Of a stretch of DNA of 47,576 nucleotides, positions 23,648-32,991 are shown piece by piece. A model generated the notes under the pieces. It made no database searches. It was not told the DNA's origin and was given only the letters and a program-made list of their open reading frames with translations. Where the stretch lies: NCBI GenBank assembly GCA_026785685.1, contig JAJAZN010000258.1, forward strand, positions 1 to 47,576, read 5' to 3'. The stretch's first letter is position 1; every line of letters starts with the position of its first letter. Both the position numbers and the translations under genes were made by a program. Origin of the DNA: Thermoleophilia bacterium (GTDB taxonomy: Bacteria; Actinomycetota; Thermoleophilia; Gaiellales; Gaiellaceae).

Positions 23648-24814
23648 TCACGACACGCGTGCGAGCGCCTCTGCCAGGTAGCCGTGCACGAACTGCACCG
23701 CCATTGCCGCCACCGACGACGCCGACACGCGTGGCACCGCACCGCTGCGCCTCCGGCGGACCGGCGGCATAGAAGACGCTGACGCCCTCGAAGTCGGACA
23801 GCCCGGCAACAGGAGGCCGGTTGTACTGCGCACCCGTCGCGAGGATGACCGCGCGGGCAGCGATCTCGTGGTCGTCCTCGAGCCGGACGACGTGGCGGCC
23901 GCCGCCGGGCTCAAGCGAAAGGGCTCGATAGGGCGTCGCCGTCCGCGCCTCGAACTTACGCGCCTGCGTGACGGCGCGACTCATCAGCTCGCCGCCAGTA
24001 ATCCCAGCCGGGAAGCCAAGGTAGTTCTCGATCCGTCGCGACGTGCCCGCCTGGCCGCCGAGCGCATCGCTCTCGACGACAAGCGTCGAGAGCCCCTCCG
24101 AGGCACCATAGACGGCGGCGCCAAGGCCAGCAGGCCCACCACCGATCACGAGCAAATCAACTTCCTCCCGCCGGGCGAGCACGGCCCCGATGCCGAGTGC
24201 GCGCGAGAGCTGGCCGCTCGAGGGGCCGCGGAGCTCCTCGCCTCCCGGCAAAAGCACGAGCGGAAGACTCTCCGGCGGCAGCCCCACGATCAGCTCGCCG
24301 GCCTCCGCGTCGTCAGCGTTCCCAGGATCACGCCAGGTGAACGGCAGCCGCGCGCTACGGGCGAACTCGACCAGCCGGACAGTCGCCTCGGACGAGTGCG
24401 GGCCGAGAATCTCGATCCCGACTCCCTCGACCTGCTGCAGCGCCTCGCCCGCTCCATGAACGCAGCAAGGAGGAGATCGCCGAGTGGGCCGTCCTCGAAC
24501 AGCAACGGCCGCAAAGCGTCCCGGTCGACTGCGATGTACCGCAACGGCTCCGTAACGACGGCAGTCAGGAAGACGGTCTGTCCTGTGAGGAGGTTCATCT
24601 CACCGAGGAACCCCGACGGGCCGTGGCGAACAATCTCGCTCCCCGCCTCATCGAGCACTGCAACCTCGCCCTCCAGAATCGCGACGAACGGGTAGCGCCT
24701 GTCGCCGACGCGGAACAGCACGTCGCCGACGGCGGCCGTACGCTCCTCGCCGCGCTGTGCAAGTGTCCCGAGCTGCGCCGATGAGAGGATCGGGCTAAAG
24801 CGGCTCACGGTCAC
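23648..24814 (-). pseudogene. cNMP-binding-domain thioredoxin-reductase-like FAD oxidoreductase, frameshifted and internally deleted
   Basis: cNMP domain (FLGEMNLLTG); frameshift near 24449; VIGGGPAGLGAAVYGASEGL and IENYLGFP; GVVGGGN is joined directly to the terminal AMAVQFVHGYLA in another frame near 23704. Confidence 0.88.
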
Positions 24815-25101
24815 TGCACAGCGCCGGACGGGACGACGAAGGCGAGCTCGTCCACGTAGCACCAGCTCCAGTTCTCGCCCGGCTCCGCAGAGAGAACGAT
24901 CGGATGGCCCGTGTCACGCGCGTGCGCCGTTGCATGCCGATTGGGCGACGAGTCGCAGCAGCCGATCTCGCCGCAGCTCATGCACATGCGCAGGTGCAGC
25001 CAGCGGCCCTCGATCTTCAGGCACTCCGCGCAGCCCGCGATCGAATCCGGCAGCTCGGTGACCGTGATCCGGTCGAGGTGAGAGCAGCCTTCAGTGGTCA
25101 T
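24811..25101 (-). CDS. UBP-type zinc finger domain protein
   Basis: CSHL, CAEC, WLHLRMCMSCGEIGCCDSSPNRHATAH, WSWCYVD. Confidence 0.92.
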   Translation of the reverse strand: MTTEGCSHLDRITVTELPDSIAGCAECLKIEGRWLHLRMCMSCGEIGCCDSSPNRHATAHARDTGHPIVLSAEPGENWSWCYVDELAFVVPSGAVQ

Positions 25102-25129
25102 CGAACGACCCTACCTGCGGCATCACGGG

Positions 25130-25312
25130 CTACGTTTCGCGCCGCTCGGCCAGAGCGTCAGGACGGCGAGGCAGAGTTTCGATTGTTCCCTCGCGAGCGA
25201 CAACCTCGAAGTCGCGACGATCGAGCGTGGGGACGCGGCCGCCGTTGCGTTCGGCGCAGGCCACCACCGACGCGTCCGCGAAGCCGAGCGGCAGGTCCTC
25301 GTAGCGCGAGGC
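25130..25312 (-). pseudogene. C-terminal remnant of a VapC/PIN-domain toxin
   Basis: Manual translation ..SRYEDLPLGFADASVVACAERNGGRVPTLDRRDFEVV..; upstream in-frame TAG at 25331-25333 and no start codon. Confidence 0.75.
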
Positions 25313-25343
25313 GAGACTGCCCTCGTGCCTCTATCGTCCGGGC

Positions 25344-26207
25344 ATGCCTGCGATCGTGCGCCTCGGAACGTGCAGCTGGGCGGACGAGGGGCTCCTGAAG
25401 GCCTGGTATCCACGCGGTGTCTCGGGCGCCGCGGCACGACTGCGCTACTACGCGGAGCGCTTCGACGTCGTCGAGGTGGACTCTCCGTACTACGCGCTCC
25501 CCGACCCCGACGTGACCCGCCGCTGGGCCGAGCGCACGCCCGATCACTTCACCTTCCACGTCAAGGCGAGCGCGGCGATGACCTTCCACGAGGGCGAGCC
25601 GACCGATGCCTCGTTCGCGGCATTCCGCGGTGCGTTGGAGCCACTGGAGCTCTCGGGGAAGCTACGAGGAGTCCTGCTCCAGTACCACCCCCGCTTCGTG
25701 AAGTCGAAGGAGGCCAAGCAGGAACTCGCTCGTGCGCGGGGCCGACTCGAGCCTCTCGTGCCTCTGATCGAGTTTCGGCACCGCTCGTGGATGGAGCCGG
25801 ACGAGCGCTCCGACACGCTCGGCTTCCTCGAGGAGCACGGACTCTCATACGTCTCCGTCGACGCGCCTCTGACGCGTGCCACGAACGTCGCACCGCGCGT
25901 CGCTGCCGCAACCCACGCCGTCGCGGTGATCCGCTTCCACGGCCGCAACGCGCAGACGTGGAACATCCGCGGCGGCAGCACCGCCGACCGCTTCGACTGG
26001 ATGTACTCGCCCGAGGAGCTCGCCGAGTGGATCGCGCCGACCCAGCGCCTCGCGGATCAGGCAGACGAGGTGTACGCACTGTTCAACAACAACCGCGATG
26101 ACTTCGCCCCGCGGAGCGCGGTGATCTTTCGCGGCCTGCTCGACGACGCCGGAATCGTGACAACGGGCGGACTCGACCTGCCGCCGGCTGAGATGACGCT
26201 GTTCTGA
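25344..26207 (+). CDS. DUF72 family protein
   Basis: GTCSW, YYAERFDVVEVDSPYY, FHVKA, IEFRH, RFHGRN, FNNN. Confidence 0.93.
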   Translation: MPAIVRLGTCSWADEGLLKAWYPRGVSGAAARLRYYAERFDVVEVDSPYYALPDPDVTRRWAERTPDHFTFHVKASAAMTFHEGEPTDASFAAFRGALEPLELSGKLRGVLLQYHPRFVKSKEAKQELARARGRLEPLVPLIEFRHRSWMEPDERSDTLGFLEEHGLSYVSVDAPLTRATNVAPRVAAATHAVAVIRFHGRNAQTWNIRGGSTADRFDWMYSPEELAEWIAPTQRLADQADEVYALFNNNRDDFAPRSAVIFRGLLDDAGIVTTGGLDLPPAEMTLF

Positions 26208-26257
26208 GTCGGAAGGGACTAGTGTGTTCACACAACCGACATGAGGAGGAAGAGGGG

Positions 26258-26734
26258 ATGAGTTCGGGGCCGGTGGGACAGAAGCGTGGCGTCTGGTTCG
26301 TGATCCTGATCGGGGTCGTGACGTTCGGGATCTACTGGCTCTACTGGGTCTTCAAGACGCAGGAGGAGATGAAGAAGCGCACCGGCGAAGGCCTCGGTGG
26401 AGTGCTCGGGCTCGTCGTCTGGCTCGTCGTCTCGCCCGTCAGCGCGTTCGTGATCCCATCGGAGCTCGGCAACATGTACGCGGGCGACGGCAAGGAGAAG
26501 CCCGTCACGGGCCTGACCGGCCTTTGGCTGTTCCCGTTCGGGATCTTCGTGATCCCGGCGATCGTGTGGGCCGTCAAGGTGCAGGGCTCGCTCAACCGCT
26601 ACTGGGACGAGGCAGCCACACCCGCGGCGGCCGCACCGAGCGCCCTCCCGGCCGACGACCCTGCGCCTGCTCCGGCGTCGCCCGTACCGGCCGAGGCGGA
26701 GACGGGCGAGGAGCCGACGGCAACGGACACGTAG
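26258..26734 (+). CDS. DUF4234-like membrane protein
   Basis: VTFGIYWLYW motif, several TM segments, Pro/Ala-rich tail; start ATG 26258 after a GA-rich RBS. Confidence 0.75.
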   Translation: MSSGPVGQKRGVWFVILIGVVTFGIYWLYWVFKTQEEMKKRTGEGLGGVLGLVVWLVVSPVSAFVIPSELGNMYAGDGKEKPVTGLTGLWLFPFGIFVIPAIVWAVKVQGSLNRYWDEAATPAAAAPSALPADDPAPAPASPVPAEAETGEEPTATDT

Positions 26735-26825
26735 TTGGGCCTCCCTCACCGGCCATCGCCTCGGTGGAGGGACGCAGCACGCTCCGAAGCTGAACATGGT
26801 CGCCGCGCGTGGGTAGGCTCGCGGG

Positions 26826-27521
26826 ATGCGCGTTCTCTCGATCGTCCACGAGACCAGCTCGACGGCTGGTGGCGGCCTCTTCGAGGACGTCGTGGAGCAG
26901 CGCGGCGACCGGCTCGAGCGGGTCAGTATCGCGCACGACGACGCCTCCGCGCTCGACCATCCGGAGCGCTACGACGCGATCATGGTCTTCGGCGGTGCGA
27001 TGCACCCCGACCAGGACGCCGAGCATCCGTGGCTCGCAGATGAGGCAGCGTTCATCCGCCAGGCGATCGCCCGAGAGGTGCCGCTGTTCGGCGTGTGCCT
27101 CGGCGGGCAGTTGATCGCGCGCGCCGCGGGGGCCGAGGTCGGGCGGGCACCGCGGAGCGAGGTCGGTTGGCACACGGTTTGCGTCAATGAGGCGGGACTC
27201 GCCGACGCGGTGCTGGGCGTCCTGCCGGCCCGCCTCGATGCCTTCCAGTGGCATCACTATCGGTTCGATCTTCCTGACGGGGCAGAGTTGCTGGCCGAGA
27301 ACGACGCCGCCAACCAGGGCTACCGGCTCGGCGAGCGCACGTGGGGCGTCCAGTTCCACCCGGAGGTGACGCGACACATGCTCGACTACTGGTTCATCGA
27401 GGGCGGCGCCGAGATTCCGGATCTTGCGACGACGCGGACCGAGACCGATGCATTTCTCGGCGGCTGGAACGAGCACGGCCGCGCACTGTGCAACGCGTTC
27501 CTGGACTACGCGGCGGGCTGA
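26826..27521 (+). CDS. Class I glutamine amidotransferase-like protein
   Basis: GVCLGGQ nucleophile and QFHPE triad; no synthetase domain. Confidence 0.9.
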   Translation: MRVLSIVHETSSTAGGGLFEDVVEQRGDRLERVSIAHDDASALDHPERYDAIMVFGGAMHPDQDAEHPWLADEAAFIRQAIAREVPLFGVCLGGQLIARAAGAEVGRAPRSEVGWHTVCVNEAGLADAVLGVLPARLDAFQWHHYRFDLPDGAELLAENDAANQGYRLGERTWGVQFHPEVTRHMLDYWFIEGGAEIPDLATTRTETDAFLGGWNEHGRALCNAFLDYAAG

Positions 27522-27883
27522 CCCGAAGCGACGGGAAGTGACTCGTCGGCCGCCCAGTCGTGCCAGGAACCAACGTAGTTACGTGCGTCGTAGCCCGCGG
27601 CCACGAGAACCTCAGCGGCGATCGCGGAGCGGCCGCCCGAGTGGCAGTACGCGATCACCTCGGCTCCTTCCGGCCGGCCAACGAGGGCCTTGATTGCAGC
27701 CGTGTCTCCCGCGGCCAGAAGCTCCTGAAGCTCGAGATGGCGAGCACCCGGGATGTGCCCCTGGCGCGCGTCACAGGGATAGCCGGCCGAGCCGTCGTAC
27801 TCACCGCGCGTCCTCACGTCGAGGAGCGTCAGATCCTGCTCCTCGAGTCGTCCCGCGAGCTCATCACGAGTAACGTCGGTCAC
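27506..27883 (-). CDS. Single-domain rhodanese/sulfurtransferase
   Basis: LLDVRT..EY, GHIPGA, YCHSGGRS, YVGSWHDW; start GTG 27883 overlaps the upstream stop. Confidence 0.9.
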   Translation of the reverse strand: MTDVTRDELAGRLEEQDLTLLDVRTRGEYDGSAGYPCDARQGHIPGARHLELQELLAAGDTAAIKALVGRPEGAEVIAYCHSGGRSAIAAEVLVAAGYDARNYVGSWHDWAADESLPVASGQPAA

Positions 27884-28461
27884 AGCGCTGCGATGACCTC
27901 CAGCTCGGCCCGAATCGACGGGCGCTCGGCGAGGCGGGCGAGCCAGTCGACGAGTGCCGGGTACGGCTCGAAGGAGACGCCGAGGAAATCCCGGGCCCGA
28001 AGCACCCAGGGGACATAGGCGATGTCCGCAAGACCGAATGCCGACCCGGTGAGATACGGCGCGAGGCCGAGGATCGCATCGAGGGCCTCGAGTTCCCCCG
28101 CAAACGCAACCTCCGCGCCGGCCTCCTTGCGCCGCAGCGCGTAGTACGGGCCTGTGAAGTCGTCGTGCCGGAAGATCAGCAGTCGCGCGTTTGCACGTTG
28201 CGTCGCGACCGTCGGGAGAAGTGCCGGCTCGGGGAAGGCCTCCTCGAGGTACTCGTTGATCACGGCCGACTCTGGGAGCACCCACCCCTCGCGCTCGAGC
28301 ACGGGAACCTTTCCGATCGGGTTCAACTCGAACACCCACGCCGGACGGTCGGCAAGATCGATCACGACGGTCTCGTACGGGATACCCTTCTCGGCGAGCG
28401 CAATCCGGACGCGGGCGCAGTACGGGCACCGCGGCGCGTCGATCAAGCGGAGTGCCTGCAT
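27880..28461 (-). CDS. Glutathione S-transferase family protein (CPYC type)
   Basis: CPYCARVRIALAEKG, NPIGKVPVL, ESAVINEYLEE, LADIA. Confidence 0.92.
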   Translation of the reverse strand: MQALRLIDAPRCPYCARVRIALAEKGIPYETVVIDLADRPAWVFELNPIGKVPVLEREGWVLPESAVINEYLEEAFPEPALLPTVATQRANARLLIFRHDDFTGPYYALRRKEAGAEVAFAGELEALDAILGLAPYLTGSAFGLADIAYVPWVLRARDFLGVSFEPYPALVDWLARLAERPSIRAELEVIAAL

Positions 28462-29477
28462 CAGCGAGCGATCCTGATTGCCTGGTCGTCAGCGGGTCCG
28501 TCAGCCCAGCCGTACCCGGTGCCATCGAGCCCGAGCACGCCGGCGAGACCGGCAAGCAGCTCGCGCGCCGGGAGAAGATCAGACGGAACGCTGGCGACGG
28601 GCGAGGCAGCGCGAACAGCGGCCTGTGCCGCACCCGTGTAGCGCTCGACGACCACCGGATTCGCGTTCAGCGCCACGACCTCGCCGGGGGGGAGCGGCCC
28701 GTGGAACTCGGGCACCGAGGCGTACTCGTCGACGATGCCGCCGCGGTCGAGGATGATCATCCGGACGAGCGCCTCCTGCTCGACGCCGACCGCAATGGCC
28801 ACGAGCCCCGTGCGTGCCGAGATCTCCTTCGCGAGCCGCCGCAGCATGGCGGGGTCGCGATCGCACGCGTCGTCGTAGACGGTGACGTAGCCGCCGCGCG
28901 GCTGGGTGACGGTCGAGCCCGTCGAGCGCCCGAGCAGCCGGGGCACGAACATCTCGACCGCCTTCAGGATCACGTCGACGTCGTCGGTCTGGATGTGGAT
29001 GGAACCGAACGACGTCGTCGATGCTTCGACGCCGAGGCGCTCGACAAGCGCTGCGACGGGCGCAGCGAGAACGAGCACCTCGTCCCTGAATCCCCAGCGC
29101 GCGTAGGCGGCTCGCGCAGCCGCATTGGATGCCATCACCTCGAGGTCGACCGTGTCGACGCCGTCCTCGGCGAGGCGCGCCGCGACCGCGCGAAGGAGGG
29201 AATCGGCTACCCCGGCGCGGCGCTCCGTGGGTACGACGTACAGATCCGTGATGCGCCCGACCCGTGCGCCCCGGCGCCGGGCGAGTGCCATCCCGATCGC
29301 CGCACCGTTCCGCTCGGCAACCCAGCCGAGCCCGGACTCGACGATCGCCCGGATCTCGGCGAGCTCGGCCGCGTGATCGACGTCCTCGTGCGCGGGCGGG
29401 GGCACCTCTGCCTCGAAGGCCTTCCAGAGTGCCTCGATGGTCGCGAGATCTTCGAGTGTCGCGTTCCGAACGGTCAT
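28461..29477 (-). CDS. GNAT acetyltransferase fused to an unknown C-terminal domain
   Basis: LYVVPTERRAGVA, N..A...Y...GF; start ATG 29477 (ATGA overlap). Confidence 0.85.
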   Translation of the reverse strand: MTVRNATLEDLATIEALWKAFEAEVPPPAHEDVDHAAELAEIRAIVESGLGWVAERNGAAIGMALARRRGARVGRITDLYVVPTERRAGVADSLLRAVAARLAEDGVDTVDLEVMASNAAARAAYARWGFRDEVLVLAAPVAALVERLGVEASTTSFGSIHIQTDDVDVILKAVEMFVPRLLGRSTGSTVTQPRGGYVTVYDDACDRDPAMLRRLAKEISARTGLVAIAVGVEQEALVRMIILDRGGIVDEYASVPEFHGPLPPGEVVALNANPVVVERYTGAAQAAVRAASPVASVPSDLLPARELLAGLAGVLGLDGTGYGWADGPADDQAIRIAR

Positions 29478-30301
29478 CCGTACACCCTCGCCCCGGCCAG
29501 CAGCATGTGACAGCTGATGTTGCGCCACTTCCCGAACCGTTCTCCCACGTCCCGCACCTCCGTCTCGTCGAGATCTCTGCCTGCACCGTAGAAGAACGAC
29601 ACCGCTTTGCGTACGGCGAGGTCGCCGGCGGGCCAGGCGTCAGGCCTCGCGAGAGCCCGCGCGAGGAACCAGTCGGCCGTCCACCGTCCGAGCCCACGCT
29701 CGGCAGTGATGGTCTCGACGACCTCAGCGTCGGACAGCGGATCGAGGGCGGCAAGATCGAAGTCGCTCTGCGCGAGACCGATCACGTACTCGGCCTTCCT
29801 CGTCGAGAACCCGACCTCGCGGATCTCGCTCTCCTCCGCCCGGGCAAGCCGCTCTCGCGTCGGGAATGCCCAGACGTCGCCCACCCGGACGCCGAACCGC
29901 TCGATCAGCCGCGAGCGCACCGCGAATGCCGAGTGCAGCGACACCTGCTGAGCCGTGATCGAGGTCACGAGCATCTCGAAGCGGTTCGCAACGAGTGGGG
30001 GCCGGTAGCCCCGGAGCGGCTCGTTGAGCGCAGCAAGGACGGGATCGTCGGCAGCCCACTACCAGAAGCCATCGAGGTCGAGTGGTAGCCCGAGCAGGAA
30101 GGAGACCGTGTCGACGATCCCGGGGTCGCTTGGCGTGATCCGTACGCCGCCCGACGCTGCGTCCACGCGGACGTCCTGGTCGGCGATGGCCCGATGCAGG
30201 CCCCCGTTACGCCAGAGGTTCGCGAGGTCGGTGCCATGCGAGCGAAAACGCTCGGTCGATGCCTCGAAATCGTACGGCTGCGGGAGCGCGAGGAAGTCCA
30301 C
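29474..30301 (-). pseudogene. AlkA-like HhH-GPD DNA-3-methyladenine glycosylase with an in-frame TAG
   Basis: ORFs 30059-30301 and 29474-29974 share a frame and are separated only by TAG 30059-30061 (FW*WAADDP); ITAQQVS, RGLGRWTA, WPAGDLAVRK. Confidence 0.85.
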
Positions 30302-30302
30302 C

Positions 30303-30923
30303 TCACCGATCGTACGGGTCACACAGTCGGTTGAGCGCGAGCAGGACATCGTGGAAGTCGTTGTACTCCTCGTAGCCGGCTCCGCTCTCGCCGAGCCAGC
30401 GGGCCAGTCCATCGCGCGCGAAGACACGATCCGCCGCAAGCGACACGCAGCGGTCGGAGACACCGTCGCCGACATAGGTGAACGGCCCGTCTCCGGCGAG
30501 TGCGACGCGTTTGCACGGCTCGCCGCAAACGGGACACGCATCGCGTTCGAGGAACGTCGAGCGCCAGCCGGACGCGGCAGGCTCGAGGCTATTCGCAATC
30601 ACGTCCACGGTCACGCCTTCCCTTTCGAGCACGGGAAGGATCAGCTGGCGGAATCCCGCCGAGATGATGAGTGGACTGTGCTCTGCGACCAACTCCGCGA
30701 ACCCGGGACGAATGGTCACGGTCTCGAGGAGCCAATCGAGCACCTCCTCAAACGGAGCGCTGATCGTGCCCATCTCGACCTCGATCACCTCGTTCAGCGT
30801 CAGATTACGTCCGATCTGCCGTTCGAGAGCGTGAAAGACCTCGAGGTCACCGAACCTCTCGATCGCCATGTGGAGCGTGTCCCGTTCGGTGACGGTCCCG
30901 TCCCAGTCGAGCACGAGCCGCAT
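30303..30923 (-). CDS. HAD-IB family phosphatase (MtnX-like)
   Basis: LDWDGTVT, IISAG, C..C..CK, YVGDGVSD; start ATG 30923. Confidence 0.88.
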   Translation of the reverse strand: MRLVLDWDGTVTERDTLHMAIERFGDLEVFHALERQIGRNLTLNEVIEVEMGTISAPFEEVLDWLLETVTIRPGFAELVAEHSPLIISAGFRQLILPVLEREGVTVDVIANSLEPAASGWRSTFLERDACPVCGEPCKRVALAGDGPFTYVGDGVSDRCVSLAADRVFARDGLARWLGESGAGYEEYNDFHDVLLALNRLCDPYDR

Positions 30924-31591
30924 CAGCCGAGTGGGCAGTCGAGCACGCCGATGCCCTCGATCTCGAGTCGTACGCCCTCGTGGATGTCGGTGAGAGTTGC
31001 AACCGACGGTCCGGCGATCACATCGCCCGGCCTGAGCACGGTACGGCGGGCGGCAAGCGCGATCGCATCGGCCCACCCGAACTCCGTCGGAGGCGCCTCC
31101 TCACGCTGGCTCTGCGTGTCGAGACGGATCACGACCGAGTCCGGATCGACCTCGTCCGGCGTGACGACCACAGGGCCCAGCACGAGGCCGAAATCGGACT
31201 GCTTGACGGATGGGGACTCGGTCAGATCCTGCCACTCGAGAAGCGCCGAGAACCCGCCGATCCCACCCTCCGCACCGATCACGGCGGCGACCCGAGCGCA
31301 CGCCGTGAGCGCCGTGCCGGCGATCGGAACGTTCGGGCCAACGAGAGCCGTGGCGTTGGTAAATCGAAACGCGTCGGGCGCGGAGAAGACACGTACTGTC
31401 GGCGGTTGCACAGGGACGAGAAACGTCACGTCGGCGAGCGGATACTCGGCGTGCTCACGGGCCCCGCTGCCGCCGAGGAAGAACGACTGCAGGGTCTGGG
31501 CCGCCAGGTGGAGAACGCGGTCGCCGTCGACGCGACAGACCCAGCCGCGCTCGAGCGGATTGTCGTTCGGGTGGAACATGCAGAGACGCAT
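30923..31591 (-). CDS. Divergent fumarylacetoacetate-hydrolase-family protein
   Basis: LGPVVVTPDE, LRPGDVIA, VRLEIEGIGVL; usual metal-binding residues not evident; start uncertain. Confidence 0.7.
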   Translation of the reverse strand: MRLCMFHPNDNPLERGWVCRVDGDRVLHLAAQTLQSFFLGGSGAREHAEYPLADVTFLVPVQPPTVRVFSAPDAFRFTNATALVGPNVPIAGTALTACARVAAVIGAEGGIGGFSALLEWQDLTESPSVKQSDFGLVLGPVVVTPDEVDPDSVVIRLDTQSQREEAPPTEFGWADAIALAARRTVLRPGDVIAGPSVATLTDIHEGVRLEIEGIGVLDCPLG

Positions 31592-31619
31592 GCGCCTATT
31601 CAACCTGTAGCGCGATAGG

Positions 31620-32963
31620 TCAGGGCTCGGTGTGAACGATCACCTCGGCTACACCCGGTACCTCACCCCTGATCTTTTGCTCGACACGGGACGCCGTCTG
31701 GTGAGCCATGGCCAGGCTTGCGGCCGGGTCGAGCCCCAGGGTGAGGAAGACGACCAGCCCCTCGTCCGTGTGGAGAAACCGCACGGACCGCGGCGGTGAG
31801 CCGGTGACCCCGAGCACGATGCGCTCGAGCTCGGCGGGGTCGTCGTCGGCCTCACGGCCAGCAGCGGGCTCCGCCAGCGGCTCGAGGTGGGTCTGCACGT
31901 CGATCACCTCGGCAACACCGTCGACGATGGCCAGCTCGACCTGCTCGGCAAGCGCGTGCGCCTCATCGAGAGGCAGCTCACCCGGCAGTTTGAGATGAAG
32001 TGACACGTGGACGCCGTCCGGGAGCTCGATCACGGAGAGGTTGTGGATCTCTCGCACGTGAGCGACCGACATCGCTACCTCTCGCACCCGCTCGCGCAGG
32101 AGCGCCTCCTCACCTGCAGGCTCGACGTGCACGACCACATCGCCGCCCGGCAACGCTTCCTGGACCGCCGCCTCCACCCTGTCGGCAACCGCGTGACCCT
32201 GACCGACGGCAGCACCCGGCGAGACGCCGATCACGACATCGGTGAACGTCCTTCCCGCCGCTTCACGAAGCCGCAGGCGCCGCACCTCCACCGGTGGATC
32301 GATCTCGGCGATCGCAGCGCGCGCGGCGCGAACAGCGTCATCCGGTGCTCGGTCCATGAGAACGTCCACATTGCGACGGATCAGCCGGGCGGCCGCGGTG
32401 ATCACGAGGAAGGCGACGAAGAGCGCCGCCAGTGAGTCGCCTGCCTGCCAGCCGACCGAAACGGCGACGAGGCCTGCGAGAACGGCCAGCGTTCCCACCA
32501 GATCGCTCGCGAAATGGAGCGCATTCGATGCGAGAGCCGGGCTCGAGTACTGACGCGCTGCCCTTGCGGAGGCCAGAGTCCGTGAGAGGTCGATCGCGAG
32601 CACGACCCCGACCGCCGCGAAGACCCACCACGCCGTCGTCGTCTCGATCTCGACCCAACCTGCAAGCCGTGCCACTGCGAGTGCGCCGACGGCGACGCTG
32701 ACGAGCATGAGCACGAAGGCCTCGGCGAGGGCCGCGAGATGCTCTGCCTTCCCGTGGCCGTACGGATGCGACCGGTCGGCCGGGCGACCGGCGACCCCGA
32801 TCGCGAAGAAGGTGAGGAGCGCCGCAACGAGGTCCGTTCCCGAATGGAGTGCCTCCGAGACGAGACCGAGGCTGCCGCTCGCAAGACCGGTCGCGAGCTT
32901 GATCCCCATCAGCGCCAGGGCGGCACCGACCGAGACGAGCGCGACACGTCGCTGCGGAGTCAT
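31620..32963 (-). CDS. Cation diffusion facilitator (CDF) transporter with three C-terminal dimerisation domains
   Basis: SEALHSGTD, HPYGHGKAE, HFASD; three H-x-E-P-ending repeats. Confidence 0.92.
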   Translation of the reverse strand: MTPQRRVALVSVGAALALMGIKLATGLASGSLGLVSEALHSGTDLVAALLTFFAIGVAGRPADRSHPYGHGKAEHLAALAEAFVLMLVSVAVGALAVARLAGWVEIETTTAWWVFAAVGVVLAIDLSRTLASARAARQYSSPALASNALHFASDLVGTLAVLAGLVAVSVGWQAGDSLAALFVAFLVITAAARLIRRNVDVLMDRAPDDAVRAARAAIAEIDPPVEVRRLRLREAAGRTFTDVVIGVSPGAAVGQGHAVADRVEAAVQEALPGGDVVVHVEPAGEEALLRERVREVAMSVAHVREIHNLSVIELPDGVHVSLHLKLPGELPLDEAHALAEQVELAIVDGVAEVIDVQTHLEPLAEPAAGREADDDPAELERIVLGVTGSPPRSVRFLHTDEGLVVFLTLGLDPAASLAMAHQTASRVEQKIRGEVPGVAEVIVHTEP

Positions 32964-32991
32964 CCGGCCAGGGTACTTCGTCTGCCGTCGA

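Noticed and set aside
26826-27521. Second or split guaA
   Set aside because: Only a class I GATase domain, and a complete guaA is already present at 435-2033.
11492-30061. Stop-codon reassignment or Sec/Pyl readthrough suggested by in-frame TGA (11528, 22017) and TAG (11492, 30059)
   Set aside because: TGA and TAG end many intact genes here, including ATGA/GTGA overlaps. TGG is used freely for Trp, and one affected gene also has a frameshift. Nonsense mutation or sequence error is simpler.
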